DNA of 64,000 nt, from assembly GCA_964016885.1 (NCBI GenBank), contig OZ024743.1, forward strand, positions 372,558,001-372,622,000, in the 5' to 3' direction. The position numbers and the translations under genes are program-made. Of the stretch, positions 61,250 to 64,000 are shown piece after piece (within the stretch, counting starts at the first letter, position 1; the number at the start of each line of letters is the position of its first letter). The notes under the pieces were generated by a model. That model worked only from the letters and a program-made list of their open reading frames with translations, was not told where the DNA came from and ran no database searches. Source of the DNA: Eledone cirrhosa. Lineage: Eukaryota.

Positions 61250-61302
61250 AATAACTAATGACTGTTTCATCCTAGCACAAGGCAGGAATCTTCAGAGTTA
61301 TT
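61250..61302 (-). ncRNA. Minimal hammerhead-like motif (another family)
   Basis: AATAACT-CTGAAGA-TTCCT..AGGAT-GAAA-CAGTCA-TT-AGTTATT; stem III imperfect. Confidence 0.6.
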
Positions 61303-61339
61303 ATAAGATTTAAATATAAATATAGGATCTAAACTTTGC

Positions 61340-61800
61340 TTCAGGAACATTTGGAGGATACATATTATTTCCACAAGCATTCTTGTCACACCAGCTTTAC
61401 TCGGGCCAAGCTCTCTGCTCTGCACTGCAATGACATTTTCATTAAACCTACAAGTGGTGGTGTGACACTCAGACCTTTATTGGCCTGAGGTGCTCTGCCA
61501 AACTCACAACATCCAATTTTACCACACTTTATCTTCTTATCCCACCTCTTGCTATCAATAGAATATCTCCTCCATCATTCATCAACTCATCTCCTCCTCT
61601 TTAACCCCCCCCCCCCCACCACAAATCTTTTAGTATGCACCCCTTGCATAACCACCATCTCTCCCCAACGATACATAAACCCAATAATCTGGGCCATCCT
61701 ATAGTTTCTACTTGCAACTCACGGAATGGAAAAATATGGGCATCAGCGCTGATGCCCATTTTCTCCATTCAGAGAGACTTATACAACCCATTATTAGACT
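61340..61800 (+). pseudogene. Degraded Penelope-like RT N-terminal fragment
   Basis: PTIHKPNNLGHPIVSTCNS resembles the PLE RT motif PKIHK..GRPIVS. Confidence 0.6.
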
Positions 61801-61841
61801 CATATTTAGTAAAAAATTCAGCAAAATCTAATTCAGTTTTC

Positions 61842-61885
<44 letters not shown>

Positions 61886-61911
61886 TTATCTATAAAACTG
61901 TTTATATTGTA

Positions 61912-61973
61912 TTTTGTCTGATGAAGGCATAGCATATTGTTAATATGATATCCCCGAAATATATATAATGAAA
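61912..61973 (+). ncRNA. Degenerate minimal hammerhead motif
   Basis: TTTTGT-CTGATGA-AGG..CATATT-GTT-AATATG..CCCC-GAAA-TATATA-TA-ATGAAA. Confidence 0.55.
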
Positions 61974-62013
61974 TAGATATGGTTTTATAAATATAGTTTT
62001 CCATTTATTTAAT

Positions 62014-62128
<115 letters not shown>

Positions 62129-62356
62129 TGGTTAGGTATGTAACTAGAGTACAGGAGGTACTTTGCCATTGAAGTAATCAATGCTGTTACGAGCTCCATT
62201 TCAAGTTATATGACTTGTTTTTCCATTACCAAACAATTTTGTGGCTGTATATACAACTAGCTCTTTTAGAGGTAATAAACAAATACTTTAATTTTGAAAT
62301 AGAGAAACTGGTGAACTGGAGTTTTAAGAACTTGTCAGACAATTGTAGCAAAAATT

Positions 62357-62829
62357 ACTCTTCCACAATGTAATTGCTTTAGTTCCAACACAGTCTCACA
62401 TCAAGTCACTTACCAGACAACTCTTCCACAGTGTAATTGCTTTAGTTCCAACACAGTCTCACATCAAGTCACTTACCAGACAACTCTTCCACAATGTAAT
62501 TGCTTTAGTTCCAACACAGTCTCACATCAAGTCACTTACCAGACAACTCTTCCACAATGTAATTGCTTTAGTTCCAACACAGTCTCACATCAAGTCACTT
62601 ACCAGACAACTCTTCCACAATGTAATTGCTTTAGTTCCAACACAGTCTCACATCAAGTCACTTACCAGACAACTCTTCCACAGTGTAATTGCTTTAGTTC
62701 CAACACAGTCTCACATCAAATCACTTATCAAACAAATACAATTGTAGTTTCATTGACTCTTTCACAATGTAATTGTTTTAGTTACAACACGCACACGCAG
62801 TCTCAGATCAAGTCACTTACCAGACAACT
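62357..62829. repeat. 63-bp minisatellite, about 6 near-perfect copies plus 1 degenerate
   Basis: TTCCAC recurs at 62361, 62424, 62487, 62550, 62613 and 62676. Confidence 0.95.
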
Positions 62830-63000
62830 TTGAAATGTCATGTTTCAGTGAAAGACAATTGTAAAGTTGGCATTATGTTTAAATATATGATAATCCTATG
62901 AGACTAGAGGAAAGAGAAAGAACACAGTGTTAAGATTACAACACATTAATACATTTATACACAAAGAATTTATTTATTCAGGAGAAAGATATATACATAA

Positions 63001-63618
63001 CCTGGGACGAGCTGATAAATTCCGACCTCACACACTTACACCTCTCCAAGACAATGTCACTGGACCGAGACCTTTGGCGGTACTCAGTAATAGAGAAGAC
63101 CCGCCTTACCTAAATACAAAGTAAAACCTACTACAGTCAGTAGGCATCTCTAACAAAATACACCCCGTCCCACCTCCCCCACCCCATCCACACCGCCCCT
63201 TTCAATGTAAAGTTATGTTGGTGCCACAACATCCAGGCCGAAACAAATGAGATCGTGTAGGTGTCACGACAAAAAAAACACACAGTCCACGCTGTAATGT
63301 GGCCGTGTAGGCAACACGGTAAAAACCTCCCAGTCCCACACTGTAAATGTGGTTGGTGTTAGGAAGGGCATCCAGCTGTAGAAAACCCGCCAGACAGTCC
63401 ACGCTGTAATGTGGCCGTGTAGGCAACACGGTAAAAACTTCCCAGTCCCACACTGTAAATGTGGTTGGTGTTAGGAAGGGCATCCAGCTGTAGAAAACCC
63501 GCCAGACAGTCCTATGCGAGCAAGACAACCACTCTTGCCTCAAGTGGGAAAACTCCCGTCCAAACCCATGCAAGCGTGGAACATGGACGTTAAACGATGA
63601 TGATGATGATGATGATGA
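63001..63618 (+). mobile_element. RTE 3' fragment with duplicated 3' UTR unit
   Basis: Reverse complement of about 23564-24178. Confidence 0.9.
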
Positions 63619-63625
63619 TATATTT

Positions 63626-63943
63626 CATCATCATCACCATCATCATCACCATTTAACGTCCATTTTTTGATGTTAGCATAGTTTAGACAAGTTGTCCTAT
63701 TGTGAGAAATGCCGGATCAGATGACCATGTCTTGCTCATACAGAACTGATTTTGGCTTGGTTTCTACAGCTGGATGCCCTTCCTAACACCAACCTCATTT
63801 ACAGTGAGTACTGGGTACTTTTTGTTGTGACACCTACATGACCATTTTACAGTGTGGACTGGATACTTTTGTTGTGATTCCTACACGACCATTCTACAAC
63901 GTGGGCTGGGTGCTTTTTACTGTGACACCTACATGACCACTTA
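63626..63943 (-). mobile_element. RTE 3' UTR fragment, tail-to-tail with previous
   Basis: Similar to about 40441-40702. Confidence 0.8.
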
Positions 63944-64000
63944 ATATATATATGAAGGTTGGGTAAAAAGTTCATAGGCTGACCAAGATACTCTTATTGA

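Noticed and set aside
62357-62829. CRISPR-like array
   Set aside because: Contiguous units with no unique spacers, no cas genes, eukaryotic context.

Overview
AT-rich eukaryotic window made almost entirely of transposable elements and microsatellites; no host protein-coding exon could be supported. The repeat landscape looks like a cephalopod (octopus-type) genome, which is an inference. Contents: (1) a head-to-tail stack of Tx1/L1-clade LINEs, each bounded by (GATA/TATC)n, at 0.2-9.1 kb, with a second small stack at 28 kb; (2) two near-identical full-length RTE-BovB-like LINEs, one with an intact 1181-aa ORF ending in three C2H2 fingers; (3) many fragments of a second RTE family that carries a PHD-like finger and shares its 3' tail with a tRNA-derived SINE; (4) a DD37D (maT) Tc1/mariner element; (5) a Naiad-type Penelope-like element (GIY-YIG); (6) Nin-domain SINEs, TTAA-flanked MITEs and two tandem-repeat arrays. 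The most striking signal is a set of short Penelope-derived fold-back insertions in (TA)n tracts that carry minimal hammerhead ribozymes or halves of them. They share one asymmetric architecture, two fold back exactly at the putative ribozyme stem II, and one may have retro-transduced a whole maT DNA transposon. All identities and coordinates were read by eye and are approximate for degraded elements.
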